From Macrostomum lignano (Eukaryota): a DNA stretch of 64,000 nucleotides. The notes under the pieces were generated by a model, which was given only the letters and a program-made list of their open reading frames with translations, was not told the origin of the DNA and made no database searches. Positions 1 to 13,495 of this stretch are shown here, one piece after another (position 1 is the first letter of the stretch; every line of letters starts with the position of its first letter). Location of the stretch: contig NIVC01001451.1 in assembly GCA_002269645.1 (NCBI GenBank), positions 186,001-250,000 on the forward strand, in the 5' to 3' direction. Made by a program: the position numbers and the translations under genes.

Positions 1-599
1 GATATAACAGAAGATAGAATCAAGATATAACAGAAGATAGAATCAAGATATAACAGAAGATAGAATCAAGATATAACAGAAGATAGAATCAAGATATAAC
101 AGAAGAAAGAATCAAGATATAACAGATGATAGAATCAAGATATAACAGAAGATAGAATCGAGATATAACAGAAGATAGAATCAAGATATAACAGAAGATA
201 GAAACAAGATGTAGCAGAAAATAGAATCAAGATATAACGGAAGATAGAATCAAGATATAACAGAAGATATAAGCAAGATATAACAGAAGATAGTCAAGAT
301 GTAGCAGAAGATAGAATCAAGATATAACAGAAGATAGAATCAAGATATAACAGAAGATAGAATCAAGGTATAACAGAAGATAGAAGCAAGATATAACAGA
401 AGATAGTCAAGATGTAACAGAAGATAGAATCAAGATATAACAGAAGATATAAGCAAGATATAACAGAAGATAGAATCAAGATATAACAGAAGATAGAATC
501 AAGATATAACAGAAGATAGAATCAAGATATAACAGAAGATAGAATCAAGATATAACAGAAGATAGAGGCAAGATATAACAGAAGATAGAAGCAAGATGT
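1..599. repeat. 23-bp minisatellite (GATATAACAGAAGATAGAATCAA)n, ~26 copies, inside a FIS1 intron
   Basis: Unit read directly; the array runs off the window start. Confidence 0.95.
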
Positions 600-671
600 A
601 GCATAAATAAAGAAACAGATAATAAGTGCATTTTAGCATAAGATGAAATGAGATGCTTAACGTTGCCCCAC

Positions 672-926
672 CTTGGCCACAGCAATGTAGTACAAGTAGT
701 CTCGCTTGGCAGTTTCATCTTTGGTGCCTAAAAAGAGGCTCTGCAGCAGCTGGCAGGCCAGGCGAAGGCTGGGCCTGTGCCGCGTCCTGCTTAGGCCCCA
801 GGCGTATGCAAACTGGGCCGCCTCCAGAGCCTCCGGATTGCTCGGCTTCTCCGATTCTTTTTCATATTGAAGTTGGCATCGCTCCAAGTCTTCAGTTGAT
901 ATTATGTCTTCTAGAATGCTGCACAT
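672..926 (-). CDS. FIS1: Mitochondrial fission 1 protein, 5' coding exon (remaining exons lie left of the window)
   Basis: MCSILEDIISTEDL...AQFAYAWGLSR...KRDYLYYIAVAK resembles FIS1 (EDL..QFEYAWCLVRS..QRDYVFYLAV). Donor AAG|GTGGGG at 672/671. Confidence 0.88.
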
Positions 927-1158
927 CTTTCTTTACTTAACAGCATAAATGTGCATTGTTGTGTCCAGATTATGCGTGGGAAGAATTCATTTTAAAAAGG
1001 CATTTAACACATTTTTCTACTGAAACATTTTTTCTGAATTTTAAAAGCCCTCTGTATCTAGGAAAAAAGCATTGTCAGCACAATGATAGTCTTTAATAAA
1101 TGCAACTTCTTTGTTGTTTGTAGGTAGCAAGACTTCAAAGTTTCACATTAGTTTAGAG

Positions 1159-1467
1159 CAGGGGTTGGCAAACTCCAGTTTGTGGACACATGTGGCCCAC
1201 AAAGCCTCTGTATCTGCCCTGTGGGTGCTTTGAAACTTCACAATAGCAATCTGGCCTACTCAATGTTTATATCGCTTCTTAGTGCTCTTCCCTCTTGTCT
1301 CTCTTCTCTTTTCTTTTCTCCTCTCCTTTTCTCTCCTATTTTATCTTTCTTCTCCTTTCCTTCTCGCATCTCCTCTCCTCTTTATTCCCTCTCCTCTCAC
1401 CTCTAGCCTACAGTTGTGCTTCAAGTTCTAAATCTAGACCTTAGGATAAAAAAATTGCCAACCCCTG
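1159..1467. mobile_element. hAT-type MITE with CT-rich interior
   Basis: 13-bp perfect TIRs CAGGGGTTGGCAA / TTGCCAACCCCTG. Perfect 8-bp TSD GTTTAGAG at 1151-1158 and 1468-1475. Confidence 0.92.
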
Positions 1468-3290
1468 GTTTAGAGCTTGTGCACATTATTTGGCTAGGGG
1501 ATATAATGCAATTTGCATCTTAGCTAGGCCATAAGGCAAAATATATATGCTTGATGCTTTAAAATTAAAGTGTCTATACATAATGAGTGCCTATACAAGT
1601 ATGCCTATAGACAATATCTATAAAAAACCACTTCATAATTAGTTGTAGGCAATAGTATATTTAGGACTTTCCTCAATGGGAAAATGAAAAATCTATTTTT
1701 CCAGAGGTGGCCTTATTATGTAAATTTTTATTTGTGCAATATAAAATTAAAAAATGACAAAATGTTTTGTAATATTGATATATAAATGCATATAAAAAGA
1801 ACATTCAATTAATATAGGCCTAAAGTGTCTAAACATGAAGTTAATTATGTCAAAATTGAATTAGCATGCCACATCACAATTTAAAATTTCCTAAGACTTA
1901 AAATTTCTCTAAGTTTATAATTTAAGCATTTACAATAATCTGCTTAAGTTAAATAAGGCCAAAACTTTGAACTCTAAATTTCACATTATAGAAAATTTGA
2001 TCCACTTGATGGTTTTAGAAAAATTTTATTCATATCAAATTTTGAGTGGTAGCAGCGCCCTCTCGCATTGAGCTGAGCAACCTATATATAAAACAAATGC
2101 ACACCTGGGATTAGGGGTGCTGAGTCAGATCACGTATGTACAGTGCATAAAAACAAGCACAAGTACAAGGTTGGGGCAATAAAAAAGGGGGCAGTGAGGC
2201 AGGTTGCTCAGCCATTAAAAATGGCTTAAGCCCACTTGCTTTACCCAACCATAAAAACACTTTATGAATTATAGGGGTCTAGCCTTACCTTTTAATAAGT
2301 TTTGCCATTTTAAAACAGTAATGAATTTTGAAAGTTAGGCTAGGCCTAATAAAACAAATAGCTTGGCTATGATAAGTGTTATGATTTTTGCAAATGAATA
2401 ACTTTAAAAAATATTTTAAAAATGGACAAAAAGAAAATTATAATTTGTCATAAAGAAAAAACATTTTAAAAATGTTTCACTGACTTCTATATAGATGATA
2501 ACAAACTATATCAACCTTTTCATAGAAATAGCAGCCATGTCTAGGCCTATAAAATTGGAGCTTATAGGTATGTCTACTAGAATTTAGACGAGTATTAGTT
2601 TTTGTCGAGTCAAGCAGTAAGTCTAGTTTTGTTGTTATGAGTTGAGTAGCTCACCTTGAGTCAAGTAATTTTTGAGTTTTTGACAGTTTGGACCAGACCA
2701 TTTTGGGTCATAGATAGTTGGGTAGGTCATAGACAGTTTAGGTCCTAGACAGGTTAGTAAATATTTTGACCAATATAATTCTTATCAAAAGTCAAGATTT
2801 TTGCTATTGAATATGGTTATATGAAGAATGATTGTACTTTGCTTCCTTTTTGCTGCCACCTAGTGTTCCAATAGTGCATTGCTATTATTTCAATAATTTT
2901 GTCATAACAGTACTTACTACTACTATAGTACTATGTACTACTTACTAATATTACTAGCAAAACCAATGTATCTTTCTAAACAATAGCAGTGCCATTGAGG
3001 CGGAAGGCCTTTTTGTTTCAATAGATGGAATGGCAGTGAAGATGTTGCACTGCATTGCGCATATATTTATACAAGTGAAAACAGTGCAAGATTATTGAGG
3101 TGCCAAGGGAGGTGCACACATGTGGCGTGGCGTGATTGGCTATGCCAACCTCCCTGGCTTAGCGAGCCAGCTAGCGTGGTGTGCCACCACCCCACCTCAG
3201 CTAGATAGAGATTGGCGGGGGTTTTCAGTGCGGCTGCATTGGTGCTACTGGTCGCATAGTCTGGCCGCCACACCATCATATTTATCTCTA

Positions 3291-3321
<31 letters not shown>

Positions 3322-3884
3322 ATGTATAGTAGATATAGGAAAGGTCAGAGGACTATACGAGTACTATATATTGGCAAGTTGAGTTGAGTGAGGCCAAGTA
3401 AGTCTGAGTACACTATGGTCAACTGACAACTATGTAGTACTAGTAGTATTAGTAGTAGAAATAGTAGTAGTAGTAGTGGTAGTAGTATATAGTTTATAGC
3501 TATGGCTGTCACTGGCAGGGCCATGGTCATCTAAAAAACTAGAACCAAGTTAAACTATTAAAGACAAGCTGTTGAAACCCGCAGATTTTTAACCTGGGGA
3601 ATTCCAATCCCCAGAATTAGGCCTATGGTATTTTTGCATGTATTCTGAAATCTGAGTCCATACTCAAAAAAACTTGTTAATAGTTAGTGGGATAGAGGTA
3701 AACATAAAATGGAGTAGGCCTACATTCATGTAAAATTAGGATTTGAAGCAAACATTTGAATATTGTTGGCTGGGGTGTTGTGCAGAATGTCGGGCAATGT
3801 CTATTTGACTCTTAAAACATGTATTGGCAAACTCTGGCCTCTGCCTCTGACTCTTCCTACATCCCTTAGATACTTAAAAACTAC

Positions 3885-4165
3885 TATCTTCTCTTCTGTT
3901 TCCTTTCTTCTCTCTTATCCCTCGTCTTTCCTCATCTCTTCTCTTTTTTCTTTTCTTCTCCTCTCTCCTTTCTCCCTCTCTCTCTCTTCTCATCTTTTTT
4001 ATCTCATCTCTTCTCTCTTCTTTTCTTTCTCTATTCCTTTCTTCTCTCCTTTTTTCTCTCTATTTTCTCTCTCCTCTCTTCTTTCCTATCTGTTCTTTTA
4101 TCTCTCCTTTCTCCTCTTTTATCTCTTCTCATTTCTCTTTGCTCTTTACTTTCTCTTCTCTCTCC
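3885..4165. repeat. CT-rich low-complexity tract
   Basis: Almost pure pyrimidine on the + strand. Confidence 0.85.
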
Positions 4166-4167
4166 CT

Positions 4168-4395
4168 CTAGGTTTTTTTATCCATAACTTAGGTGCGATT
4201 TCACACCCTGTGCTAGATTTCAAGGTGCGATTTTTAACACCAGGATGCACTGCATGTCCATAACACAAAATTGTGAAATCTGCATCACATCCTTGCAAAA
4301 ACTTCTAGTGCACTTTTCGCACCCTGAGTCAAAATTCAGCGTGCGATTTTTAAGACCAGGATGCTATTTGCACCCATTTGCACAAAAAACCCAGG
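4168..4395. mobile_element. Degenerate MITE-like element
   Basis: Ends CTAGGTTTTTT / AAAAAACCCAGG. Flanks CTCTCCCT and CTTTCCCT match at 7/8. Internal direct repeat GTGCGATTTTTAA.ACCAGGATGC occurs twice. Confidence 0.4.
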
Positions 4396-7300
4396 CTTTC
4401 CCTTCTTCTCATTCTTCACTCTCCTCTCTTAACACTTCCATCTTCTTTCCTCTCTCCTCTTAACTCTACTATACCCTCTTATCTCAACTCTTTCCTTGCT
4501 TTCTCTCTTTCCTCTCATTTCTAAGATTATCTACTGTTATTTCCAATGTTGTGCAATAGGCCTTCTTCTTTTAGTAGTTTACATTTCTTAGAAAAGGTAT
4601 AAATTAAAAAAAAACTATTATTTTGTTTTACTACACAAATATTTTGTATACTTTGTATATTTTCTATATTCTTTATATTACTTTTTGTTTGAAATGACAG
4701 AAAAAAATATACTATAAATAGAGGCCATTTGAGAGCCTAGCAAACCAACTTGCTAACTTCCTGTTCCTCGTTGAACAACTTTAATACTCTCATTTGAGAA
4801 GAAATTCTATCAGCCTTGAGCTCGTATTTGCTCGTGTTACTTATTTCAGTAGTGGATAGTAGTTTAGGAGTTGCCCCAAGATTGGGAGTCCAGTCCGTTC
4901 TCAGAGAACGAGAAATCCTAGACTTAGGAGTCTAGTAACCCACCTTTAGGAGGCAGAATTCCTACCACAGGGTAGAAGAAATCCAGGCTTAGAGTCTGAG
5001 AAACCCGCCTCAGGGCAGAATACCTAGCAAAGTGCGCTGTGACCCTCTGATCCCGGGAATGCCCAGGACTGAGAATAATACCTTTAGAGGAATATAGGAA
5101 TAGGATAGACAGTGCCTAAAAGACTGCTCAGGCCAGAAAGTACAATAGAAGTACAGACGCTACTAGTAAAAGTACATACGCTACCAATAGAAGTACAGAC
5201 GCTACCAATAGAAGTACATAGTACATACGCTACTAGTAAAGGCAAGTAATAACTAGCAATATTAACAAGAAGGAATAACCCCTGCAACAGTTTGGTGGCA
5301 GCAAGTAAGGCTAAACAAAAGAATAAATAAGAGCCCTGGGACAGCTTTTGGTGGCATAACGGTGGAATTCTCATAGAGAGCCAAAAGGCCTGTTACAGTT
5401 GTATAGATAGGCCCTAATAGATTCTATATTAAGAACATGACCCACTCTCTATGTCTTAGTCTTAATAAACTATGAACTCATTTAGTTAGGCTTATAATAT
5501 TAATAATAAGATCTATGACCATTGACACTATGCAGACTTCATTGGCATGGCCAGTTTATCTCCTATGTGAGATTCATTTTATGTTATATAGATATGGCTG
5601 CAATGTTTTTAAGCTCTAATATTATTTATTAAAGGCCTAGACATGGTGACCTAGCTATATTTAAAAGTAGACCTAAGTTCTAATCACTACTAAAGACATG
5701 GCTGCCATTTTTATAAGTATATTGGATTATAGACACAGTCACCATGTCTCTAAATATGGCATTTAAAAAAATTATACCCTTCAAAAAATAAAAGCAATGA
5801 AGCATAGGTATTCTTATTATGTTTTTAGGCTATAAAAAAACAATCACAGTGCTTAAGATACAAGATGCATAATTAAAATGTAAAAAAAGCATACAAAAAC
5901 TTAAAAAGTTTTAACTTTTGACTTTTTAATAACTTTTATTGGGCCTACTTGTGTTGTAACTTGATCAATTTTCAAAAATAAGGTAGGCCCTATCTTTTTA
6001 CTTGTTTCAGGCAAAAAATATTTAAAATTAGATTCATCAAGATTTAAATAAAAAAAAACAGTAAAATAACTTTCAAAATCTCACTACACTAGAGTCTCCC
6101 TACAAGCCTAGCACTGGTCTAGTGCAAGTTTTTGTTATTTTCATAAATATTTTTGTAGACATAACACCAACATTTGAACATGCTATGATGTTTGCTCAGT
6201 GAGCATTATGATTTTAGGCACAGTAGTCCTTGCACAATACACGTACGACTATGATACAAGGACTACTCAACTAGAGTACTAGATTGTACGCATCGATGGT
6301 GTCAATGCGAAAATCACCAATCAATGGCCAATGGGAGGATCCTATTTTTTGTTTGCTGTGAGTCCGTTCTGTAAAGCATTTACATATTTTATTAAGATAC
6401 TGGACTCTATATCAATGGATTGTTGAATGATAGGCCCTACTTTATTTGTTTTCTCGTTGCTAATCTTACTCTAACAGTTTTTCGTTCTTTACATTATAGT
6501 TCGTTATACCTTAAAGTAAATATTGGCACTATATCAAAGTTTAACGTTCATAGAAAATTTTGATTTTTTACAACGTTCTGTACCACCGCGCCACCAAAGA
6601 CGTAAGACGTTGATTAGTTAGTTAGTTAATATTGATATATGTATGTATCAGTATCAGTCTGTAGATATTATTTTTAATGTATCTGAAATATATGCGTTAT
6701 TCCCCCAGAAAAGCTCCTGTAAGATTTCTGGCACTAGTGCCTTTTTTCAAGACTCATTTTAGGTGCACCAGGCATAAACACCATAATCCTAGATTCACCC
6801 TATATTTTAGAAACATTCTGTATCCTACTATTATAACCCTCCTTATTATTAAAATGCTTTTCTTATATTCCCTAGGTAGGGTACCAAGTTACACCTGACC
6901 TTACTAGTATAGATAGGGAACCAGTTACTTTGGTTACTTATTTTATAGTCTTTGGTGAGCTGATGTTTTGTCTGCTGCCAGTTCGTCTGCCACTCGGCAC
7001 TCTTTTGTCTGCAAAAATATGATGCAGTCATTTCGTCGGCTAGAATATTAATTTAAATACAACATCAGTATTAATGTGTAGGCCTATATAAAAATATTAA
7101 ACAGAAACATCTGTATAGTCTTAAAATACCTATAATAGTAAAAATAATAAACTCATTTTGTTGGTACATGTAAGTACAAGCAAATCTAAAAATAACATTT
7201 CCCAAGTGTTAGGCACCAGTCCATTAATAAGCATTAATCCATTGATAAGCATTAAGATTTTTTAACTAACAGATGAACAAATTTGCATTAATAATTTTGT

Positions 7301-7818
7301 GAGTTAATGACAAATTTATTGTTAATGTTAATGTTAATGGCAATATCAATGACCAAAGATGCAAAAAAAAAAAGAACAAAAATATAAGTCTAATAAGAAA
7401 AGCTTATTTAAATTTAAATTAAAATTTATTTTAGCATTTGAATTTATTTAAATTTATCTAAATGCCTAATTAATCTCTTTGTTTATAACAATGATCATGC
7501 AAATATTTAAATTATTATTTTTTACTTTTTATTTGTAAATTGCTTAGATAATGACCTCTGTAGGTCTATATATTTTACTAAAAAAATAGAAAAGCAGACA
7601 ATGAATTATGAAGTCTATTTTGAAAAAAGTGCAAGATTTTTTTATATTTTATATGTTAACTTTAATGGATTAATGCTTATTAATGATTATCAGTTAACTT
7701 AACAAAAATAAAAGTTAAAAAATTATTATTTTTGTTTTAATGCTATTTGGTTGAAGAGAAAGTTCCTGCGGTTTCTAGAACTTTCTATCAAACTGAGTTT
7801 TTTAAAACTAAAAGCCAA

Positions 7819-9001
7819 TTAAGAAACAAAATAATCACCATCACAATCGATCACCTCATGCTTAGGCGCAACCTAGGGATTCACCCGGCCATTTCTATTG
7901 GCAACACACACACGTAAGTTGCTATTGGACAGAATAGTAGTCACGTGATAGCTCTCAGCCAATAGTAATTTACATGTGTGTGTTGCCAATAGAAACAGCC
8001 GAGTGATTCCCAAGGTTGCGCATGTATGGATCACCTTCTGCCATTTTTCAGGCAAACTCATAATACCTTCACTGTAAAATTTCTCTGGCTTTGAAGTGAA
8101 AAAGTTGTTCAGCCAGTTATTGAGCTCTTTATCATCAGCAAAGGTTTTGTTGTTCAAGGCATTGGCCAGAGACAAAAACAGGTGATAGTCACTTGGTGCC
8201 AAGTCTGATGAATACAGTGGATAGGGCACCAATTCCCAGCCAAGGTCCAGTAGCTTTTGGTGAGTCACCTTAGCAGTGTATGGATGAGCGTTATCATGGA
8301 GGAATCGTACCGGGCCATGGTTTAGACGCTTCTGTGCGATGGCGGTAGCCAATCGGTCCAGCTGTTGGCAGTATAGGTCGGCCATAATTGATGTGTTGGG
8401 TGGCAGCAGTTCATAGTAGATGACGCCCTTGCAGTCCCACCACATGCACAGCATGACCTTGCGTGGGTGGAGTCCGGCCTTTGGCTGCAGCTCAGGCATT
8501 GCGTCAGCATCAACCCATAATTGTCAACGTTTGATGTTGACATACAGGCACGACTTTTCATCGCCCATAACGATGGACTTTAGCCAGTTGTGCGTGCGCC
8601 TGTAGGAGAGGAAAAAAGTGGCCACCTTTGCCCTGCACTGCTTGTTCCAATCTGACAATTGGTGGGGTACCCATTGTGCCAGCTTGTACACCTTGCCCAG
8701 CTGATGCAAATGACTGGTGACCATTTTATGGTCTACATCAAGGACTTGCGCTAACTCACGCGTGGTTTGCCAAGGGTCAGCCTCTACAAGTGTGCGCAGC
8801 CAGTCATCATCAACCTCGGAGGGATGACCTAACCAGGGCAAATCTTTGAGGTTAAAATTTCCCTGGCGAAACTGCTCAAACCAGTCCTGAGTAGTGCGTT
8901 CAGACACCATACCCACACCAAATGCAGCAATACAGTCCAGACAGTCCAGATTTGAAGTCATAGAGCAGGAGACCACGAATATAGCCCCAAGAGAGATCCA
9001 T
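7819..9001 (-). pseudogene. Inactivated mariner transposase
   Basis: Starts MDLSWGYIRGLLLYDFKSG at 9001. Motifs WVPHQL, GDEK, HDNA and YSSDLAPSDYHLF are present. Defects: frameshift near 8935-8950, TGA at 8524-8526, and the true C-terminus VIDCDGDYFVS* (7819-7854) separated by a 172-bp insertion. Confidence 0.93.
7857..8028. mobile_element. 172-bp palindromic (fold-back) MITE, probably hAT-derived
   Basis: Perfect 8-bp TSD GATCACCT at 7849-7856 and 8029-8036. ~70-bp imperfect inverted arms (GCGCAACCT.GGGA.TCAC.CGGC..TTTCTATTGGCAACACACACA). Confidence 0.9.
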
Positions 9002-12000
9002 AATGCTGGTGACTAGTGAGTAATATCTTTGGTTGAAATAGCATGTTAGAATCACACATACCCACCCTCAATATATACCCACACAGCCGGGTTCTGGAAT
9101 ATTCCAGAAAGTTCTTAGACAGAAAGTTCTAGAAACCGCAGGAACTTTCTCCCCAACCAAATAAAACTTTTACCATTAATGCAAGTTAAGATTTTTTAAT
9201 GGTGTCTAACATTGCATTTCCAAACAATCCAAGCTAACCAAGCATTGAGTAGGCCCTAGTCAACTTGGGTCTAAGAGATTTTTTGCATGAAGTTTTTTTG
9301 CCAAGGTTTGCCCATGTAAGCTTTTCTTATCAAGATTTTCCTGCAGGGTTTTTCTAGTTGGAATTTTGAATCAAATCCAATTGGATTTAAAATCTAGTCT
9401 AGTCTAATCTAAGATAGTTTTGACTTGAAATTTGAGCTTTTGAGCTTTGACCTATATAAGCTTTTCTTGTCAAGATTTTCCAAAATATGAAATGCAGTCA
9501 TTTTGTCTGCCAGAATATTAATTTCAATATCAGTAAATAACATCAGTATTAATGGATATATAATAAAACTAAAAGGAAACATCTATATATCTTAAAAGTT
9601 TTTAAATACTTAAAAGTTTTCTTGCCAAGGTTGGAAGTCAAATCCAATTGGATTTAAAATGTAGTCTAGTTTAATCTAATATAGTTTTTTATCTAGTCTA
9701 GTTTTTGTCTAGTCTAGCCTAGCCTAGTCTAGGATTGTTTGTCTATAGAATTTGACTTGTAACAAAGCTTGTAAAAAGAATTTCACTTGAAATTTTGATT
9801 AGGAAAAATTATTAGACTTTGTCTAATAGTCACTTTAGTTTCTAGCTTTAGTGATAAGCACTTAAGTTTTTTTAAGGTAGGGCTAATTTATTAATAATGC
9901 TTTAATCATTAGTTTATCATTCTTTTTGAAAAAACTATTTACTTTGTAATTAGTGACGTTGAATGTTGTTTTGATTGTTTTTATTAATTGTTATTTGTTA
10001 TTGTGACAGGTGTTTTACCTCCTACTTTATTAATTTTAATCCCACCACTGATACTAAGTTGTGACAGGCCTTTTGGCTCTCTATGAAAATTCTACCATTA
10101 TGCCACCAAAGTTGTAACAGGCTTTTTCTTCTGTCCTCCAACTAACTTTACTAACTGCCATCAAGTTGTTACAGGGGTTATTCCTGTTTGCCAACTACAG
10201 TTATATTGATTATACTTGTTTTTACTCCTTAACTATTTCTTAGAATTGCATTTAAATATTTCTGGGTAGCATTCTTAGTAGCGTTTCTGGTAGCATTCTG
10301 GTAGCTTATGGCTAGCTTTCTGGTAACGTTCTGGTAGCTTATGGCCTGAGCGGTCTAGTACTGGTATATGTATTAGTGAATAGTCCTAATCGGGCATTAC
10401 CGAGACTAGAGGGTCACAGCGCCTCTTGTAATACTTCTGCAAATTATTCCCCTATTCCCTTTCTTAGCAAATCTCTTGGAATCGTTTCTCAGACTTTGCA
10501 AATGAATAAGTCGCTATTCAACTCAAAAGACTTTGAAAGGTTTAAATTGAACTGCTTATTTTGTTCGCAATATTGCTCACAGGTAAAAGACAATTGGAGT
10601 ATATTTGCCGCAAAACCGCTCCTATATATACCCCTGAATTCCTGATACATTTATAACAAAAAATATTTCCCCAATTTATTTCGTGCATTAAAACAAACAT
10701 TATTTAGTGTTTTGCATAGATTCAGTTTCTAAGGAATGTTACAATATTATTTGAATATATAGCTATTACATTGAAAGAACATTCGAGTATACTATTATAA
10801 AGGGATAGCACTAGTACATTATTCAATATTAATTATTACTTTCTAAGCTAGAATCATAAACTAAGAAATGTTAAATATTTCAAACTGACTATTGTCACTA
10901 CAAGCAAAATGATTGAAAAGTTTGAAAAATATCATCATTATGTATATTATAATGCATTTCAAAAGATTTACCTTTTAGCTTCTTTTTAGTAAGAGCCTTA
11001 AGTCCTCAACCCTATTTCTTGAAGATAGGGGGCAGATTAACTTCATTAGATGGACTGTTATAAAAAGTATAAAACATTAAATTGATCTACTTAAATAGAG
11101 CCTTGCATTGGCCTTTTCATTGTTAATTCATTAGAGGACCAACATTAACCAGGCACCCTATGTTAATAGCCCTTGATAGCTACTTCCTAGAAGCTTGCTT
11201 TTTAGCTACATTATCTAGTATAAGTTTAAAAGCTTTATATAGCTCTTGTATAGTTTTTTTTCAGTAAGCTTAGTACTTGTATTACATTATATCATTTTCT
11301 ATCTATAGGAAAGTATAGTGTTACAGCTTAAAAATTATAATTTTAGCTATCTATGATAACAAATGTTAAGAGACATTGATTAACTAATAAGTTAGGTTGA
11401 CCCTATTGATGATAACCAAATTTGAAATAGGCCTGTCAAGAAAATAGCAAACAACTACATTTCTAGACTGGCCTGCAGGTAGCCACTACTTTACCACTCA
11501 GATGATCAGTGAAAAGGCTAGAAGCCCTGAACTCTATATTTATAGCAGTATTGTTATGTTTAGCAAGGGGTGGGTTGAAGGCTCAACTGAGAGGGTTTGC
11601 TGACATAAAGTAAGGGAGGGTCGAGTACGCGACGCGACAGGTGAGAGAATGAAAGGCTTAGAGAATAGTGAAAGACTGACCAATCAGAAGAAAGAAAAGG
11701 TGAGAGATCAATAGAGAAAGATAGAGGTTTGAACTATATTGGTTGAGACAAGGTAAATGAAGAGAGCCAAACAGCAGATAAAACAGTGTAAATAAACTAG
11801 CAACTAGGTAGGAAAGTAGCAACAAGGCCTTTAGTAACATATATTAATTAGGTTATTTGTTGGTTTCAATGCAATGTTTCTATTGATGCTAAAGTATAAA
11901 ATTAAGACTGATTGTTCTTGGTTTGATCTTATCACATTTATAAGAAAATTGATCAAGGTAATAAAGCCTATGTTTGTTTGTTTGGTTTGCACTTTGTGAT

Positions 12001-12744
12001 TAGATTTAATGCTTTATTTTTGGTAGCTATTTGCAACATTTCTAAAGTTTTGATTGTTTTGCTATATAAAAGTTGTTATCAATTTAGAAGCTGCCACTTT
12101 TTTACTAACTCTTGGTCTTATATACTAATACTTTTTCAACTATAATTGTTGTGTATTAAATGATTTTTAAAAAGGAATAGAATATAAAAAAATCATTAAG
12201 ATTGCAGGTGCTTTGACTTTATAGATCTTTCAATTCTGTGGGCCCTTGTTTTTTGTGGTTTCCATATAGACTCCTATGGCTTAAACCCATTTGTCAATGC
12301 AAGATTGAGGGATAGATACCCCTAGCCACTTTGGTTTGCATTGCACCCCAGGCTAAAAAAACCATTATATTATTGAATATAAGTTTTGCTTGAAGTTATA
12401 AAGAAGATTCCTTTTTTAATTTGAACTGTTATTTTGAGTTCTATTTTCTAATATATACATAAAAATAATTGTAAACTTTTATCAACTTTTTAATTTATTT
12501 TAGTACATAGTGAAGGCCATTTTTGCTCCCCCAATGTCCCAAATCTTAGCCCTTCTAAATTCAATGCCTGCTCTATGTGCTTTGAGCCATCGATAAACTG
12601 AATGTGTGTTTAAAATACAGATGGGGAAATAGTCTTTCTTGATATTTGGGACTCTACACTGCATTCCATGAAGACTCTTTCAAATTCTATGAAAATAATA
12701 TACATATTACTGAGCTAGCTAGACCTTGGCAAGTTGATTTAGAC

Positions 12745-13002
12745 CAGGGGTCAGCAAACATGTGGGCCAGCAAACCTCTCCATCTGGCCCTTGGGTCCTT
12801 TGAAACTTCTTAATAGCAACCTGGCCCACTCAAGGTTTGTCTCTTTTTAGCTCTCTTCTCTCTCCCTTCGACCCTCTGCCCTCTCCCCTCTCCTCTCCCC
12901 CTCTCATCTCTCCCCTCTCCTTTCCCTCTCCTCTCCTTGGCCCGCAGCCATGAGCTGAATTCTTTATCTGGCCCTTGATTTAAAAAATCTTGCCAACCCC
13001 TG
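12745..13002. mobile_element. hAT-type MITE, same family as 1159-1467
   Basis: Termini CAGGGGTCAGCAAA / CTTGCCAACCCCTG. Interior aligns with the 1159 copy (TTTGAAACTTC, AATAGCAA.CTGGCC.ACTCAA). TSD is degenerate (ATTTAGAC / GTTTAGCT). Confidence 0.8.
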
Positions 13003-13243
13003 GTTTAGCTAGAGTAGAGTCGAGGTCCATGTAAACTAAAAAATCGAGATTTCAAATCAACGAAATCTAAGATAGTCGATCACTTTCACAAGCAGGAAAA
13101 TTTGCAATTAGATAATTAGTGTTTAGATTCGTACTCGTACTCATATTAATTAAGTGTATCAGTTCGAGTTGGTTTATTATCAATTAGTTTTATCCGCAAC
13201 AAACTTAAAATAAATGTGCATTTTCTGCGCTACAGAATTCACC

Positions 13244-13495
13244 ATGAAGGAGTCAGAGCCCGGCAATATATTCGCTCGGCTCTACTTCAAGTACTTAGTT
13301 GAAACCTCTATCTACATGCTGGAACCGTACGAGCGAATTGCATTGAATTGTCTTGTAGTTGTGCTGCTACTGATGTCCGCCTATACTAGCTGGCTGTTTC
13401 TGCCGCATCACACAGTCAGCCAACACTTAATTGGCATTGTGAGCAGCCTGATTGGCTGGCCAAGTCCGCCTGCAGCTGGTGACTTGGCTTCTTAG
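13244..13495 (+). CDS. SPTSSA: Serine palmitoyltransferase small subunit (ssSPT, SPTSSA/B family)
   Basis: LYFKYLVETSIYMLEPYERIALN...YTSWLFLPHH matches the family motif YxLxTxxYMLEPWER..FN..YT..FxP.H. ATG at 13244 follows the acceptor-like ttttctgcgctacAG. The A/B paralogue cannot be resolved. Confidence 0.88.
   Translation: MKESEPGNIFARLYFKYLVETSIYMLEPYERIALNCLVVVLLLMSAYTSWLFLPHHTVSQHLIGIVSSLIGWPSPPAAGDLAS

Larger units (their letters stand above)
7746..9161 (-). mobile_element. Mariner (Tc1/mariner, DD34D-type) DNA transposon, 1416 bp, with nested MITE
   Basis: 41-bp TIRs at 7746-7786 and 9121-9161 (2 mismatches), TA on both sides, and an internal transposase. Confidence 0.95.

Noticed and set aside
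10376-10645. 89-aa ORF with a possible donor (CAG|GTAAAA)
   Set aside because: No homology recognised and no partner exon identified.
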